Source: Candidatus Obscuribacterales bacterium
Lineage (GTDB): Bacteria; Cyanobacteriota; Vampirovibrionia; Obscuribacterales; Obscuribacteraceae
Direction: 5' to 3'
NCBI GenBank assembly: GCA_965228855.1
Contig: CBDDIJ010000005.1
Span: 512,001 to 576,000 of the forward strand
DNA: 64,000 nt
This document shows, piece after piece, positions 37,435-48,104 of the stretch. Both the position numbers and the translations under genes were made by a program. Position 1 is the stretch's first letter; every line of letters begins with the position of its first letter. The notes under the pieces were generated by a model. The model did no database searches and was not told the origin of the DNA. It worked only from the letters and a program-made list of their open reading frames with translations.

Positions 37435-38613
37435 ATGCGATACCATCACGGCGCTTCTCGGAACTTCGCAGCTGCGCTTCTAGCCCTGCTCTTCATCCAC
37501 TCAATTGCGTCTCCACCTGCTTCTTATGGGGAAACCGAAAGCGCGACCGCGGCGGAAATGAAAAACGTTTCCGATTTAAAAGGAGAGTCCGCGTCGATTG
37601 GAGACATCGAGGGCGCCGCTTGCGAGTCGACGAAGGTGAAACCTTCACAGTCATTTCAAACAAAAATTCAGAATAAACGCCCGAAAATCGGACTGGCGCT
37701 CGGCGGCGGCGGCATACGAGGAGCCGCGCACATCGGTGTTCTTCGTGTGCTGGAGAAAGAGGGCATCAAAGTAGATTGTATTGCCGGCACCAGCATCGGT
37801 GCCATAGTCGGAGGACTTTACAGCGCCGGTCTCTCGCTTGACGAGATCGAGAAAATGGTCGCGAAGAAGTCGCTGAAGAAAGCCTATTACACGGTGCCCC
37901 TCTGGTTTCGCGTCGCTCTGGTTCCTATCTTCATGATTCCCCACCTGATCGGTCAAGATTACGACGGTCTATATAGAGGAAACAAATTTGCCAAGTTCAT
38001 CAACAAGAGCGTAGGAGAAGACCAGCAATCCATCGAGAATTTGAATATCCCCTTTTGTGCAATCGCTGCCAGCCTTACTGACAGAGATGCTCATGCTCTA
38101 AGAAAAGGTAACCTTGGGCGAGCACTGCAAGCCAGTTCCGCAATACCAATTTTACGCAGACCGGTCGAGCTAAATAACGACGTGTTCATCGACGGGGGCA
38201 TCATCAACAATCTTCCCATTGACGAATGCCGCTCCCTGGGCGCCGATATCGTTATCGCCGTTTCTCTCAATGTCGAAGACGACCCGGACGAATCAATTCC
38301 CGACAAGAATTTTAAACAATTCAAAAAACTCGGCAGTATCGGAAATCGCGTCATCAACATGATTTTGTGCCACGTTGATAAGGATCAAATTCGCAGCGCG
38401 GATGTTTTGATCTCGCCACGCGTGAGCGAAATTAAGTTTCTTTCTGTAAAAGAGAAAGACGCTTATAAAGCAATCGCGGCAGGAGAAACCGCAGCAAAAG
38501 ACGCGCTCGCCGATATTAGACAGAAGATTCGCGCCAGTCAAAAAGCAATCGAAACGCAAGCCGATGGCGCCAGGCAGTCTACGAAAACGGACTCGCTGCC
38601 GGCTATAGACTGA
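37435..38613 (+). CDS. Exported patatin-like phospholipase (RssA/NTE type)
   Basis: GGGGIRG, GTSIG, DGG motifs; signal-like N-terminus. Confidence 0.92.
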   Translation: MRYHHGASRNFAAALLALLFIHSIASPPASYGETESATAAEMKNVSDLKGESASIGDIEGAACESTKVKPSQSFQTKIQNKRPKIGLALGGGGIRGAAHIGVLRVLEKEGIKVDCIAGTSIGAIVGGLYSAGLSLDEIEKMVAKKSLKKAYYTVPLWFRVALVPIFMIPHLIGQDYDGLYRGNKFAKFINKSVGEDQQSIENLNIPFCAIAASLTDRDAHALRKGNLGRALQASSAIPILRRPVELNNDVFIDGGIINNLPIDECRSLGADIVIAVSLNVEDDPDESIPDKNFKQFKKLGSIGNRVINMILCHVDKDQIRSADVLISPRVSEIKFLSVKEKDAYKAIAAGETAAKDALADIRQKIRASQKAIETQADGARQSTKTDSLPAID

Positions 38614-38836
38614 CCGCTCAACCGGCGGATCAAGTCGAACGATAAACCACATCTAATCAAACAAGCTTCCAATTCTACGTGAATCACGAAGAAGACATCG
38701 GCGCTAATGGGGGTTTTCCCACAAGATTGCAGGAATTTAGCTTGATCAGATGTAAGTCTGATCTTAAAGTTGAATTACTTGATCCGTAGAATTAAAAAAC
38801 GGATATTGAAACCGATCTGAGCGTTGGCGGTAACAC

Positions 38837-39427
38837 ATGCGAATAGTAATCACAGGCGGCCCTTCGACAGGGAAAACCACGATCATCAATTTGTTGGAGG
38901 TCATGGGTCAAAAGGTTGTTCACGAGCTGGCAACCAAAATTATCAAAGAAGGAAAATATCTGCCCTGGGTTGATCGCGTTAAATTCCAATCTGAAGTTCT
39001 GCGCAGGCAACTAGCGGCAGAGGCAGCAATTCTGGATTTCGATAATCCAATATTTTTAGACCGCGGCGCTTTCGACGGCGAGGCTTATTACATCGCAGAC
39101 AGCCTGCCTATCCCCCCAGCATTCTCGACTATCGATCCGTCTCAGTATGATCTCGCATTCCTTATTGAGGAATTGAGTTTCTTCGATCAGAATGACGTTC
39201 GCCGCGAAGATCTCGAGTTCACGAAAAAGATCAGTGCGACGCTGGAAGGCTGCTACACGAGCCGAAATATAAGAGTTATTCGCGTGCCGGCCATGTTGCC
39301 GCATGCACGTGTCGAATTCATCATGAAGCATGTCGCGGACTATCAAAAATCTCGGGTACGCTCTCCCGAGCAAGCAGCGATGATGTTCCAGGCTGGTATG
39401 ATGCAACCGGTGGTAACTCCTGTTTAG
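38837..39427 (+). CDS. AAA_28 (NadR/Ttd14-like) P-loop protein
   Basis: IVITGGPSTGKTT, E.A..II, FLDRG..D. Confidence 0.85.
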   Translation: MRIVITGGPSTGKTTIINLLEVMGQKVVHELATKIIKEGKYLPWVDRVKFQSEVLRRQLAAEAAILDFDNPIFLDRGAFDGEAYYIADSLPIPPAFSTIDPSQYDLAFLIEELSFFDQNDVRREDLEFTKKISATLEGCYTSRNIRVIRVPAMLPHARVEFIMKHVADYQKSRVRSPEQAAMMFQAGMMQPVVTPV

Positions 39428-39483
39428 TTGCGGCGGCTGCGCAAGACTGAACATATTAGAGTAGATAGGTCCGGTCGACGAAA

Positions 39484-41205
39484 ATGCCGAAAGCTCAGAT
39501 GACCCAAAGACTGCTATTATTCGGTCTTCTATGGTCTTTCGTTTTTGCGGCTCCAGCCATGTCACAACAAAGTCACGACCCAGCCGATATCATTTTGAAA
39601 AATGGAGCAATCTATACCCTGGATGCGGCGCGCTCCTGGGCGCAAGCGCTTGCAGTGAAAAACGGAAAGATTATTTTCGTTGGCACCACCAGTGGTGCTG
39701 ATGATTTTCAAGGTCCGAAAACGACGATAGTGGATCTGCAAGGCAAAATGGTATTGCCGGGTCTGCACGACAGCCATGTTCACCTCGTCGATGGCGGTGT
39801 TGATTTAGGCACATGCACGCTCCTCGATTGCAAGACGCGCGATGCTGTTTTCAAAAGAGTCAAAGACTTTGCTGAGAAAAACAAGGACGCGAAGTGGGTT
39901 CGTGGCAGTGGATGGAGTCTGCCGGTTTTCAAAGATGGTCATCCGAAGAGGAAAGAGCTGGACGATCTGGTTCCCGATCGACCGGCATGGTTCGAATCGC
40001 AGGATTACCATTCAGGCTGGGCGAACAGCAAAGCTCTCGAGCTTGCCGGCATAACCAGGGAAACAAAAGATCCAGAAGGAGGTCGCATCGAGCGGGACGG
40101 CAAAGGCGAGCCGACTGGAACGCTGCGCGAGTCCGCGATGAAGCTGGTATCGCAAGTGGTGCCCGAGCGCGAAGATAAAGAATATTTTTCCGGCCTTGAA
40201 CGCGGTCAAAAACTGGCTAACAGTTTCGGCATCACCTCAATCCAGGACGCCTGGACTAACGATAAATTGCTGAATGCTTATTACAGCTTCGACAAAGAGA
40301 ATAAACTGACAGTTAAGGTCACCACCGCAATTGAAGTGAAGGCAGATGGAGCTGACCAACAGATAGACCAGCTGCTCAAGAAAAAAGAAGGAACGGTCGG
40401 AAAAAATTTACGCGTAACATCGGCAAAGCTGTTTGCGGACGGCGTTATTGAAGCGTGCACGGCAGCGCTCCTGGCACCCTATCGGGGGCGAGACGGAGAT
40501 AGCGGAAAGCTGTTGTTCACACCGGAACAAATGAACGATGCCGTTGAAAAACTTGCCTCCAACGGCGTGCAGGTTCACATCCATGCAATCGGAGACCGAG
40601 CAGTCAGAACTTCATTAGACGCGTTTGAGAACGCCGCAAAGAAAAACTGCGGCGTTCATTTGCGCCACCACATTGCCCACCTGGAGATGGTAACGGAGCA
40701 GGACATACCACGCTTCCGAAAGCTTCAAGTCTGCCCGAATGTTCAACCATTTTGGGCGCAGCAAGATGCTTACGTAAAAGACTTAACGGAGCCGGTTCTC
40801 GGGAAAGACCGTTCGAAACACCTTTATCCAATTGGCTCCCTGGCCGCATCGGGCGCGGTGCTGGTCGCCGGTAGCGACTGGCCGGTCAGCTCCCTGAATC
40901 CATTTGACGCCATTGAAGTTTCCATACGAAGACGCGAACCAGGCAACACGAAAGTACCAGCCTGGCTTCCGGATGAAGCGACCGATCTTGCCACCATGCT
41001 TGCCGCGTATACGATCAACGGTGCCTATGTTCAACATCAGGAAAAGCTGACCGGCTCGCTCGAAGCGGGCAAAGCGGCAGATTTCATTGTTATCGATAGA
41101 AACCTATTCGAAATTCCACCCGAGGACATACACAATACTACGGTACTATGGACGGTGCTCGATGGCAAAGAAGTCCACCGGAATAATTCGTTCAAGCCTT
41201 ATTGA
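39484..41205 (+). CDS. Exported YtcJ-like amidohydrolase (amidohydro_3)
   Basis: PGLHDSHVH, KLFADG, HAIGDRA, IAHLE, GSDWPV, GKAADF. Confidence 0.92.
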   Translation: MPKAQMTQRLLLFGLLWSFVFAAPAMSQQSHDPADIILKNGAIYTLDAARSWAQALAVKNGKIIFVGTTSGADDFQGPKTTIVDLQGKMVLPGLHDSHVHLVDGGVDLGTCTLLDCKTRDAVFKRVKDFAEKNKDAKWVRGSGWSLPVFKDGHPKRKELDDLVPDRPAWFESQDYHSGWANSKALELAGITRETKDPEGGRIERDGKGEPTGTLRESAMKLVSQVVPEREDKEYFSGLERGQKLANSFGITSIQDAWTNDKLLNAYYSFDKENKLTVKVTTAIEVKADGADQQIDQLLKKKEGTVGKNLRVTSAKLFADGVIEACTAALLAPYRGRDGDSGKLLFTPEQMNDAVEKLASNGVQVHIHAIGDRAVRTSLDAFENAAKKNCGVHLRHHIAHLEMVTEQDIPRFRKLQVCPNVQPFWAQQDAYVKDLTEPVLGKDRSKHLYPIGSLAASGAVLVAGSDWPVSSLNPFDAIEVSIRRREPGNTKVPAWLPDEATDLATMLAAYTINGAYVQHQEKLTGSLEAGKAADFIVIDRNLFEIPPEDIHNTTVLWTVLDGKEVHRNNSFKPY

Positions 41206-42791
41206 GTTATTTGCGATTGAGCAATCTTGCCGTTCGAGGTTGTCTCACGATAAGCACGGATCCAGAGGGAATCGAGCACTCCGTTTACAGAAACTGATTT
41301 GACAGTGGCATCACCGTTCAGCCGCGCTTCCACCAGTCGACCGTCTTTGAGACGGCTCGTGTATAAAACGGGTTTATCGTTAGCGAAAACGAGCTTGTCA
41401 TCATGGTTTTCATCTGGAGGTACTCGTGGCGCAACGACATCTTCCTTTAGCGACGAGAAGTGTGCGATCTCGTAGTTAACCAGCGCGGTAAACAGCGCAT
41501 CGCGCACCTTCTGTTTCAAAACGAATGCTTCCAATTCGCGGGCATTCTGATAGCGGGCACCCAGCAGAATAAGCCAGGAAGCTGGTTTTCCGTGGTCATC
41601 CCTGGTTACCCTCACTCGATAAATCGGAGTGTATTTGTTGTAGATCAAACCATCCCAGGAAATCTTTGTAGTGTTCGGCTCTCCAAATTTTTCCCCTTGC
41701 AAATCGCCGCCAATCTCCAGATCGGCTTTCGGCAAGCGGCTCAGGCTGTACTTCATGGCGTTTTTAGTATCATCGGTACAGTACTCATTCATCAATTGCC
41801 GGGTGAAAAACTTGTCCAGATATTCTCTGGCAACTTTCTCCTCCGCCTGGCTCTGTTGAACTTCAGCATCGTTCAACCCACCATAGAAGAAGTCGCGCTT
41901 CCCTTCCGTCATGGACTCCGCAGGCTCTTCGGCTCCGGCAAAAACAGTTTGAGTCCCAGGTCCGGATACGAATGTCAAATAATGTCCCCAATTCAAATAG
42001 GGTAATTCAGAGACACAGCGTTGCACCAGATGCAGTGCGTCCTGATCGAACTCATCGAAAGAGCTATCCAGCCAAACTTTGCAGTCTTCCGGTCTGGTTG
42101 AAACACTGTACGAAGGCTGTTTTATTTGAATACGGACCAGGCGAAACTCGGCACTGGGAAACGGTTTCCAACGAGACTGGACAAAGTTTTCAATAAACTT
42201 TCGGCCTTGCCCCGGCCTCAATCGGAGTTCGTGATTGTGGACGGCGGCAGCAGCTTCAAGTCCCGCCAATCGGCGAAGCAATTGCTCCGCTTCGACGTTG
42301 ACGCCTTCTGGCGAAAGTGCAATCGCAGTTTTAAACTCCACATCTGCTTCATCGTCGCCTGGACGCACGCCTCCCGGATCACTCATAAACTCGGGATTTA
42401 GCCGGTTCATGCAATAGATTCCGAGCGCCAGATGGGCATTTGGGTCGATCAGACTTTTAGAAACGAGATCGTGCAAATCCTGAGTGAGCGCTTCGACAGG
42501 CTCGTGAGGGATACTTACGGCAGCTTTGTACTCGATTGCAGCATCCTTGAAATTCCCCTGTCCGAACAGCTTCCTTGCTTTCTCGTAATGGTTCGTGAAC
42601 TTTGTCTGATTCGCGGCAGATACATTCGAGCGCGCTACATGCCCGGCGGTTTGTAGAGACGGCGACGAGGCGGTTCGGTTTGCAGCCTCATAAGACAGAG
42701 CGGGAACCGGAACAGCTAACAGCGCCGCTAAAATTGCTGCCGAGAAGGAGAAGGCTGTTTCCCGGCTTGCGATTATCAGAATGTTTTTCAT
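41199..42791 (-). CDS. Secreted TPR protein with a TonB-C-like middle domain
   Basis: Signal peptide; GNFKDAAIEYKAA and AHLALG TPR-like helices; VQSRWKP...SSFDEFDQDALHLV. Confidence 0.65.
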   Translation of the reverse strand: MKNILIIASRETAFSFSAAILAALLAVPVPALSYEAANRTASSPSLQTAGHVARSNVSAANQTKFTNHYEKARKLFGQGNFKDAAIEYKAAVSIPHEPVEALTQDLHDLVSKSLIDPNAHLALGIYCMNRLNPEFMSDPGGVRPGDDEADVEFKTAIALSPEGVNVEAEQLLRRLAGLEAAAAVHNHELRLRPGQGRKFIENFVQSRWKPFPSAEFRLVRIQIKQPSYSVSTRPEDCKVWLDSSFDEFDQDALHLVQRCVSELPYLNWGHYLTFVSGPGTQTVFAGAEEPAESMTEGKRDFFYGGLNDAEVQQSQAEEKVAREYLDKFFTRQLMNEYCTDDTKNAMKYSLSRLPKADLEIGGDLQGEKFGEPNTTKISWDGLIYNKYTPIYRVRVTRDDHGKPASWLILLGARYQNARELEAFVLKQKVRDALFTALVNYEIAHFSSLKEDVVAPRVPPDENHDDKLVFANDKPVLYTSRLKDGRLVEARLNGDATVKSVSVNGVLDSLWIRAYRETTSNGKIAQSQITQ

Positions 42792-43072
42792 GGAGGGCTA
42801 TTAAGATTCCGGACTAGATGCTCCTGCACTCTCTAGCACATTGAGCAAGCATCTAATCGGATTTAAGCGTGATCGACACACTGCGTCAATTCACCGTCAC
42901 AAGTCGATCTCAAAATAGTTGGGGTCGCCCGTAATCTTGACTGGCAAACCGGCCCAAACAAAGAATTCGACCTCACACCTTCCTAAAGAGAGCAGATCGG
43001 TGGTAGGCTAGACATATGACGGTGCCAAACTCACCGTTTGTTTACCAACTGGCGTCGAGATAATTAGGTTTT

Positions 43073-43276
43073 GTGCCGATGAGAAAGTTACCTCAGGTCC
43101 TGCTCGTTATGCTTGCTTGCGCTGCGTTCTTCGCTCCGCCTGCACACGCGTACATCGATCCAGGTACCGGCAACTTCATTTTCCAACTTCTGCTTGGCAC
43201 GATCGTGGGAGCAGCAGCCACATTCAAGATCTGGTGGGCGCGCGTGCTTGCTTTCGTAAAGCCCAAGGCGAAATAA
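43073..43276 (+). CDS. YIDPGTG-family small membrane protein
   Basis: Signal peptide AHA, then YIDPGTG, a hydrophobic helix and a basic tail; 12 bp upstream of the NoeA-like gene. Confidence 0.8.
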   Translation: MPMRKLPQVLLVMLACAAFFAPPAHAYIDPGTGNFIFQLLLGTIVGAAATFKIWWARVLAFVKPKAK

Positions 43277-43288
43277 CTCACGGTCAAA

Positions 43289-44707
43289 ATGTCCTCCAAG
43301 CAGTCTTTACCGTCATCCTTCCGTGACCCCAGCGGGTTCATTTTTGTCGAGGACGGCGTCATATACCGGCAGATAAACCATTGCTACCGGTCGGAATTTG
43401 AACGGTTAATCGAGTCCGGGCTCTACAAGCGGCTCACGGAAGAGAAGCTTTTACTACCGCACGAAGAAGTTGCGGAAACGAGCACGGTCGCAAGGGCTGG
43501 CACAGTCGGCAGTGAGCCGGAGGCGCCAGACAGCTACAAAGTCATCCGCCCTGAGCGAGTTCCCTTCATCTCATATCCTTACGAGTGGAGCTTCAGTCAG
43601 CTCAAGGATGCAGCATTACTGACTCTTTCAATCCAAAAGATTGCAATCGAGCACGGCATGACCTTGAAGGACGCGAGCGCGTTCAACGTTCAATTCCTGC
43701 GGGGGAAGCCGATCTTCATCGACACACTGTCATTTACCACCTACGAAGAAGGTCTGCCGTGGGTCGCTTACAAACAATTTTGCCAGCACTTCCTGGCGCC
43801 GCTTGCGCTTATGGCGCACTGCGACTTGCGCTTGCACAAATTATTTCGCCCGTTCATAGATGGTATCCCGCTTGACCTGGCGGTAAACATCCTGCCAAAG
43901 ACAACCTTGATCGATCTCGGTTTGCTCACCCACATTCACATGCAGGCGAAGTTTCAACAAAAGTATTCAAAACAAGAGGCATCCAGCCAGTTGACCGATA
44001 GGAAACTCTCTAAAACTGCACTTCTCGGAATCGTCGAGAGCTTAGAGGCGACTGTAAAGGGTCTGCGGTTGAAAGGACAGGACAGCTTCTGGCGAAACTA
44101 CTACCAGGAACATAACTACTCCGATGCGGCCTTTCAAGCTAAGAAAGCCGCTGTTGAAGATTATCTAGAGCAGGTTTCGCCCCAAACGGTTTGGGACCTT
44201 GGCGCCAACACCGGCATCTTTAGCCGTTTGGCATCAAACCGAAACATCTTCACGCTGTCAACCGATATGGACGCGCTGGTAGTGGAAGCCAACTACCTCA
44301 AGGCAAAAGAGGATGGTGACGAGAATTTGCTGCCGCTGGTCGTTGATTTAACCGCTCCAGCACCGGCAATCGGCTGGGCGAATGCTGAGAGAATGTCGTT
44401 CGGCGAGCGTGGTCCTGCAGACGCAGCTCTGGCTCTGGCTTTGATTCACCATCTGGCGATTGGAAACAACGTGCCGCTGCGCTCAGTGGCGGATTATATG
44501 AGCACGCTTACAAAGAACCTGATTATCGAATTCGTGCCTAAAGAAGACTCACAAGTCCGAGAACTGCTCAGAATGAGAGAGGATGCTTTTCCGGAATACA
44601 ACCAGGAAAGTTTTGAAAGGGCGTTCGAGACAAGATTTGTTATTCGAAACAAGACCAGGCTCGGCGATAGTGAACGCACGCTCTATTTGATGGAACGCTC
44701 GCACTAA
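43289..44707 (+). CDS. NoeA-like protein: kinase-like N-domain plus class I SAM methyltransferase
   Basis: SFRDPSG, SYPYEWSFSQLKDAALLTL, LKDASAFN..IFID, DLGANTG, ALALIHHLAI. Confidence 0.85.
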   Translation: MSSKQSLPSSFRDPSGFIFVEDGVIYRQINHCYRSEFERLIESGLYKRLTEEKLLLPHEEVAETSTVARAGTVGSEPEAPDSYKVIRPERVPFISYPYEWSFSQLKDAALLTLSIQKIAIEHGMTLKDASAFNVQFLRGKPIFIDTLSFTTYEEGLPWVAYKQFCQHFLAPLALMAHCDLRLHKLFRPFIDGIPLDLAVNILPKTTLIDLGLLTHIHMQAKFQQKYSKQEASSQLTDRKLSKTALLGIVESLEATVKGLRLKGQDSFWRNYYQEHNYSDAAFQAKKAAVEDYLEQVSPQTVWDLGANTGIFSRLASNRNIFTLSTDMDALVVEANYLKAKEDGDENLLPLVVDLTAPAPAIGWANAERMSFGERGPADAALALALIHHLAIGNNVPLRSVADYMSTLTKNLIIEFVPKEDSQVRELLRMREDAFPEYNQESFERAFETRFVIRNKTRLGDSERTLYLMERSH

Positions 44708-44788
44708 AATCGCGTCCATGAAATTGCCCACGAACAGCCGTCAAGGTGATAACCTATACGGCAATTTAGTCCATCATTTGCAGGCATT

Positions 44789-46048
44789 ATGAAAGCATCA
44801 GAAGCAACCAATTATTACTTTCAAAAGGCTGCCAAAGAACTCCACATGCAAACTCAGCTCGAGCGCATTCTAATGCTGCCGAAACGCGAGGTGAAAGTGG
44901 AGTGCGTGGTCGAGCTTGACAACGGCGAAGTCGCATCGTTTCGAGGCTTTCGTGTCCAACACGACGCCTCGCGCGGACCGATGAAAGGCGGATTGAGATT
45001 CCACCCGGAAGTCGATTTTGACGAAGTCAACTCACTGGCATCTTTGATGACGTGGAAAACCGCCGTCGTCAACATACCCTACGGTGGCGCCAAAGGTGGT
45101 GTCAGTTGCGATCCGAACAAATTGTCGCACCAGGAATTGCAACGCATCACGCGAGCATTTATCGATGAAATCCACGATTTGATTGGACCACAGTTAGACA
45201 TTCCAGCTCCCGACATGGGAACGAACGCGCAAACGATGGCATGGATCGTCGACCAGTACTCGAAGTATCACGGCTGGACGCCTGCGGTTGTCACTGGAAA
45301 GCCGCTTGAGTTGGGCGGCTCGGAAGGTCGCGAGGCGGCGACCGGTCAGGGTGTGTTTTACGCGATCGAAGCTTTGATGAATGACGAGCAGAAAAATTTT
45401 GCAGATCTCTCCTTTGCTATTCAAGGTTTTGGAAACGTCGGTTCATTTGTCGCGCGCTTCATTCATGAGGCAGGCGGTAAAGTTGTCGCCATCTCAGACG
45501 CTAATGGCGCGCTTCTAAATCAGATGGGCATCGATATTCACGCGCTCATGTTGCACTACCAGGCGACTGGATCGCTTGCCGAATTCGCTGGAGCCGCGCC
45601 TCTCGAGCGCGATATGCTTCTCACTATAGAATGCGACGTTTTAATTCCTGCTGCACTAGGTGGCGTTCTTACCGGCGAAAACTGCAAGGATATTCGGGCG
45701 CACTACATTATCGAAGCGGCGAATGGTCCCACCACTCCGGAAGCCGATGAACACTTCCGCAAAGCAGGAAAGATACTTTTGCCGGACATCTTCGTCAACG
45801 CAGGCGGCGTTGTAGTCAGCTACTTCGAGTGGGTGCAAAACATTCAACAATTCCGCTGGAGATTGGATCGCGTAAATACTGAACTGAAAGCGGCAATGCT
45901 TGATGCCTACCGTGAGCTCCGCGCGATTACGAAACAAAGCGACTGCGATTTCAGAACCGCAGCGTTTCAGCTGGCGATAACCCGCGTGGCCAGTGCCACT
46001 GCACTACGTGGACTGGAGACGGACAGCTTCTGCATGATTAAGACATAG
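44789..46048 (+). CDS. gdhA: Glutamate dehydrogenase (Glu/Leu/Phe/Val family)
   Basis: RGPMKGGLRFHP, GGAKGG, PAPDMGT, GKP...GGS.GR..ATG, QGFGNVG, EAANGP, NAGGV.VSYFEW. Confidence 0.94.
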   Translation: MKASEATNYYFQKAAKELHMQTQLERILMLPKREVKVECVVELDNGEVASFRGFRVQHDASRGPMKGGLRFHPEVDFDEVNSLASLMTWKTAVVNIPYGGAKGGVSCDPNKLSHQELQRITRAFIDEIHDLIGPQLDIPAPDMGTNAQTMAWIVDQYSKYHGWTPAVVTGKPLELGGSEGREAATGQGVFYAIEALMNDEQKNFADLSFAIQGFGNVGSFVARFIHEAGGKVVAISDANGALLNQMGIDIHALMLHYQATGSLAEFAGAAPLERDMLLTIECDVLIPAALGGVLTGENCKDIRAHYIIEAANGPTTPEADEHFRKAGKILLPDIFVNAGGVVVSYFEWVQNIQQFRWRLDRVNTELKAAMLDAYRELRAITKQSDCDFRTAAFQLAITRVASATALRGLETDSFCMIKT

Positions 46049-46052
46049 ATAA

Positions 46053-48020
46053 ATGACAGACGAAAAAAACAACGGCAACATTGGTGACCTGGAAACAACT
46101 AATGCAAGCGACGTCGTCCACACCGGAGCTGAGCATGTCGAGACTCGCGGCGAAGAACCGGAGTTCGATTTGACTGCTCCGGCTGGACTGCCAACCGACG
46201 AAGAGTTCGAACGCCGCCAGCAGTGGTGGCTGAAGAACGTTTACCAGGGCAAGGATGTGCCGCAGCTCACGGTTCGCGCCGTGATAATGGGCGGAATTCT
46301 TGGCGCCCTGATGTCCATATCGAATTTATACACCACGCTAAAAGTAGGCTGGTCCTTCGGCGTAGCTATCACCGCCTGTGTTTTGTCCTATGTAATCTGG
46401 AAAGCCATTCGTGTGGTGCTGCCGATGCTCACACCGATGTCGATTCTCGAAAACAACTGCATGCAATCCACTGCATCAGCAGCTGGTTATTCGACCGGCG
46501 CGACGATTGGCACCGCCTTTGGTGCCCTGCTTTTGATCACCGGCGTACACATCGGCTGGCAGATAGTTCTGCCCTGGACGTTAGTATCAGCGGCACTGGG
46601 CGTGTTTATCGCAGTGCCGATGAAGCGGCAAATGATTAACCGCGAACAGCTAACGTTTCCCAGTGGCGTAGCCGCGGCAGAGACGTTGAAGAGCCTCTAC
46701 GGTCAGAGCAAGGAAGCTGTCACGCAAGCATACTCTCTGGTTGCATCGCTCGCATTTGGCGCGGTCACTGGCTTTCTTGGCAAAGCTGAATTTCCATGGT
46801 TTGTTAACAGCGGTTTCAAACTGCCGGAGTTGCTCACCTTCGGAGGAGTAATCAAAGGTGTAGAGCTGTCGAAAATGCCGGCGTTCGGATTCGAACCGAG
46901 TGCACTGCTTATCGGTGCAGGCATGATTGTCGGGCTTCGAGTATCCGTATCTATGCTGATCGGCGCATGCCTACTTTATCTGGTTTTCGGCCCGATGATC
47001 GTGAACATGGGCGAAATTCCGGATGCGAGCAAATTGATAAAAGGTTGGGGACTGTGGCCGGGAACAGCATTGTTGGTCACGTCAGGTCTGACCTCGTTTG
47101 CGCTTCAATGGAAAACTATCGTCAAAGCATTCGCATCGGCAAAGCTCGCTTCACAAGGTGCAAGCGGTGGTGCAGCGGCAGAATTGGCTGAGATCGAAGT
47201 GCCGGGCAAATGGTTGCTGGCGGGCTTGATTCCCCTGGCTATAATTATGATCGCACTGCAGGCGGTGGCATTCTCAATCTCGATACCTTTAGGTCTGCTT
47301 TCGGTCGTGATGAGCTTCTTCCTGTCCCTGGTCGCCTGCCGCGCCACAGGAGAAACTGACATCACGCCGATAGGACCGATGGGTAAGATTACTCAGCTGA
47401 CTTACGCAATTCTCGCGCCATCCAACATCACGACTAACTTGATGGCAGCCAGCGTTACCGCCAACATTGCAAGTTCATCCGCTGATTTGCTCACAGACCT
47501 CAAGAGCGGATATCTGCTTGGTGCCAATGCGCGCAAGCAGTTTCTCGCACAGTTCATGGGAGTTTTCTTTGGAACGCTGGCGATCGTTCCAGCCTGGTAT
47601 CTTATGGTGCCGGACAAAGCGGCGCTGGATAAGTTCAACCCTCCTGCTGCAAATATGTGGAGAGCCGTTGCAGAAGCTCTGGTGAAGGGCATCGATTATC
47701 TTCCTGAAACCGCTCGCATCGGTCTTCTTATAGGCGGGACAATCGGGATCGTGCTCGCAATTGCTGAACTTTACGCGCCTGCAAAGATCAAGAAATTTTT
47801 GCCCTCATCAATGGGGTTGGGGCTTTCCTGGGTGGTTCCATTCGCCAACTCGCTATCGTTCTTCATTGGCGCAACGCTGGCATTCATCTGGACAAAAGTA
47901 TCGAAACGCACCGGCGAACTCTACATAATTCCAGTTGCGTCAGGTGCGGTTGCAGGTGAGTCGCTCATGTGCGCCATTCTCGCCATGATAACGGCAGCGG
48001 GCGCCCTGATGGCGAAGTAA
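46053..48020 (+). CDS. OPT/YSL family oligopeptide transporter
   Basis: QLTVRA, LENNCMQSTASA, FPSG.A.A, RATGETD.TP, DLKSGYLLGA..RKQ..AQ, GAVAGES. Confidence 0.93.
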   Translation: MTDEKNNGNIGDLETTNASDVVHTGAEHVETRGEEPEFDLTAPAGLPTDEEFERRQQWWLKNVYQGKDVPQLTVRAVIMGGILGALMSISNLYTTLKVGWSFGVAITACVLSYVIWKAIRVVLPMLTPMSILENNCMQSTASAAGYSTGATIGTAFGALLLITGVHIGWQIVLPWTLVSAALGVFIAVPMKRQMINREQLTFPSGVAAAETLKSLYGQSKEAVTQAYSLVASLAFGAVTGFLGKAEFPWFVNSGFKLPELLTFGGVIKGVELSKMPAFGFEPSALLIGAGMIVGLRVSVSMLIGACLLYLVFGPMIVNMGEIPDASKLIKGWGLWPGTALLVTSGLTSFALQWKTIVKAFASAKLASQGASGGAAAELAEIEVPGKWLLAGLIPLAIIMIALQAVAFSISIPLGLLSVVMSFFLSLVACRATGETDITPIGPMGKITQLTYAILAPSNITTNLMAASVTANIASSSADLLTDLKSGYLLGANARKQFLAQFMGVFFGTLAIVPAWYLMVPDKAALDKFNPPAANMWRAVAEALVKGIDYLPETARIGLLIGGTIGIVLAIAELYAPAKIKKFLPSSMGLGLSWVVPFANSLSFFIGATLAFIWTKVSKRTGELYIIPVASGAVAGESLMCAILAMITAAGALMAK

Positions 48021-48104
48021 ATGATGATGTTGTTGTGATGCGGTCAGTTTCCGCAAATGCGGTTACCATGAGAATGTGGACCGCGGAAGTGAAAGTTAGT
48101 TGGT

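Noticed and set aside
38744..38763. GATCAGA-N6-TCTGATC inverted repeat upstream of the AAA_28 gene
   Set aside because: Single short occurrence, compatible with chance
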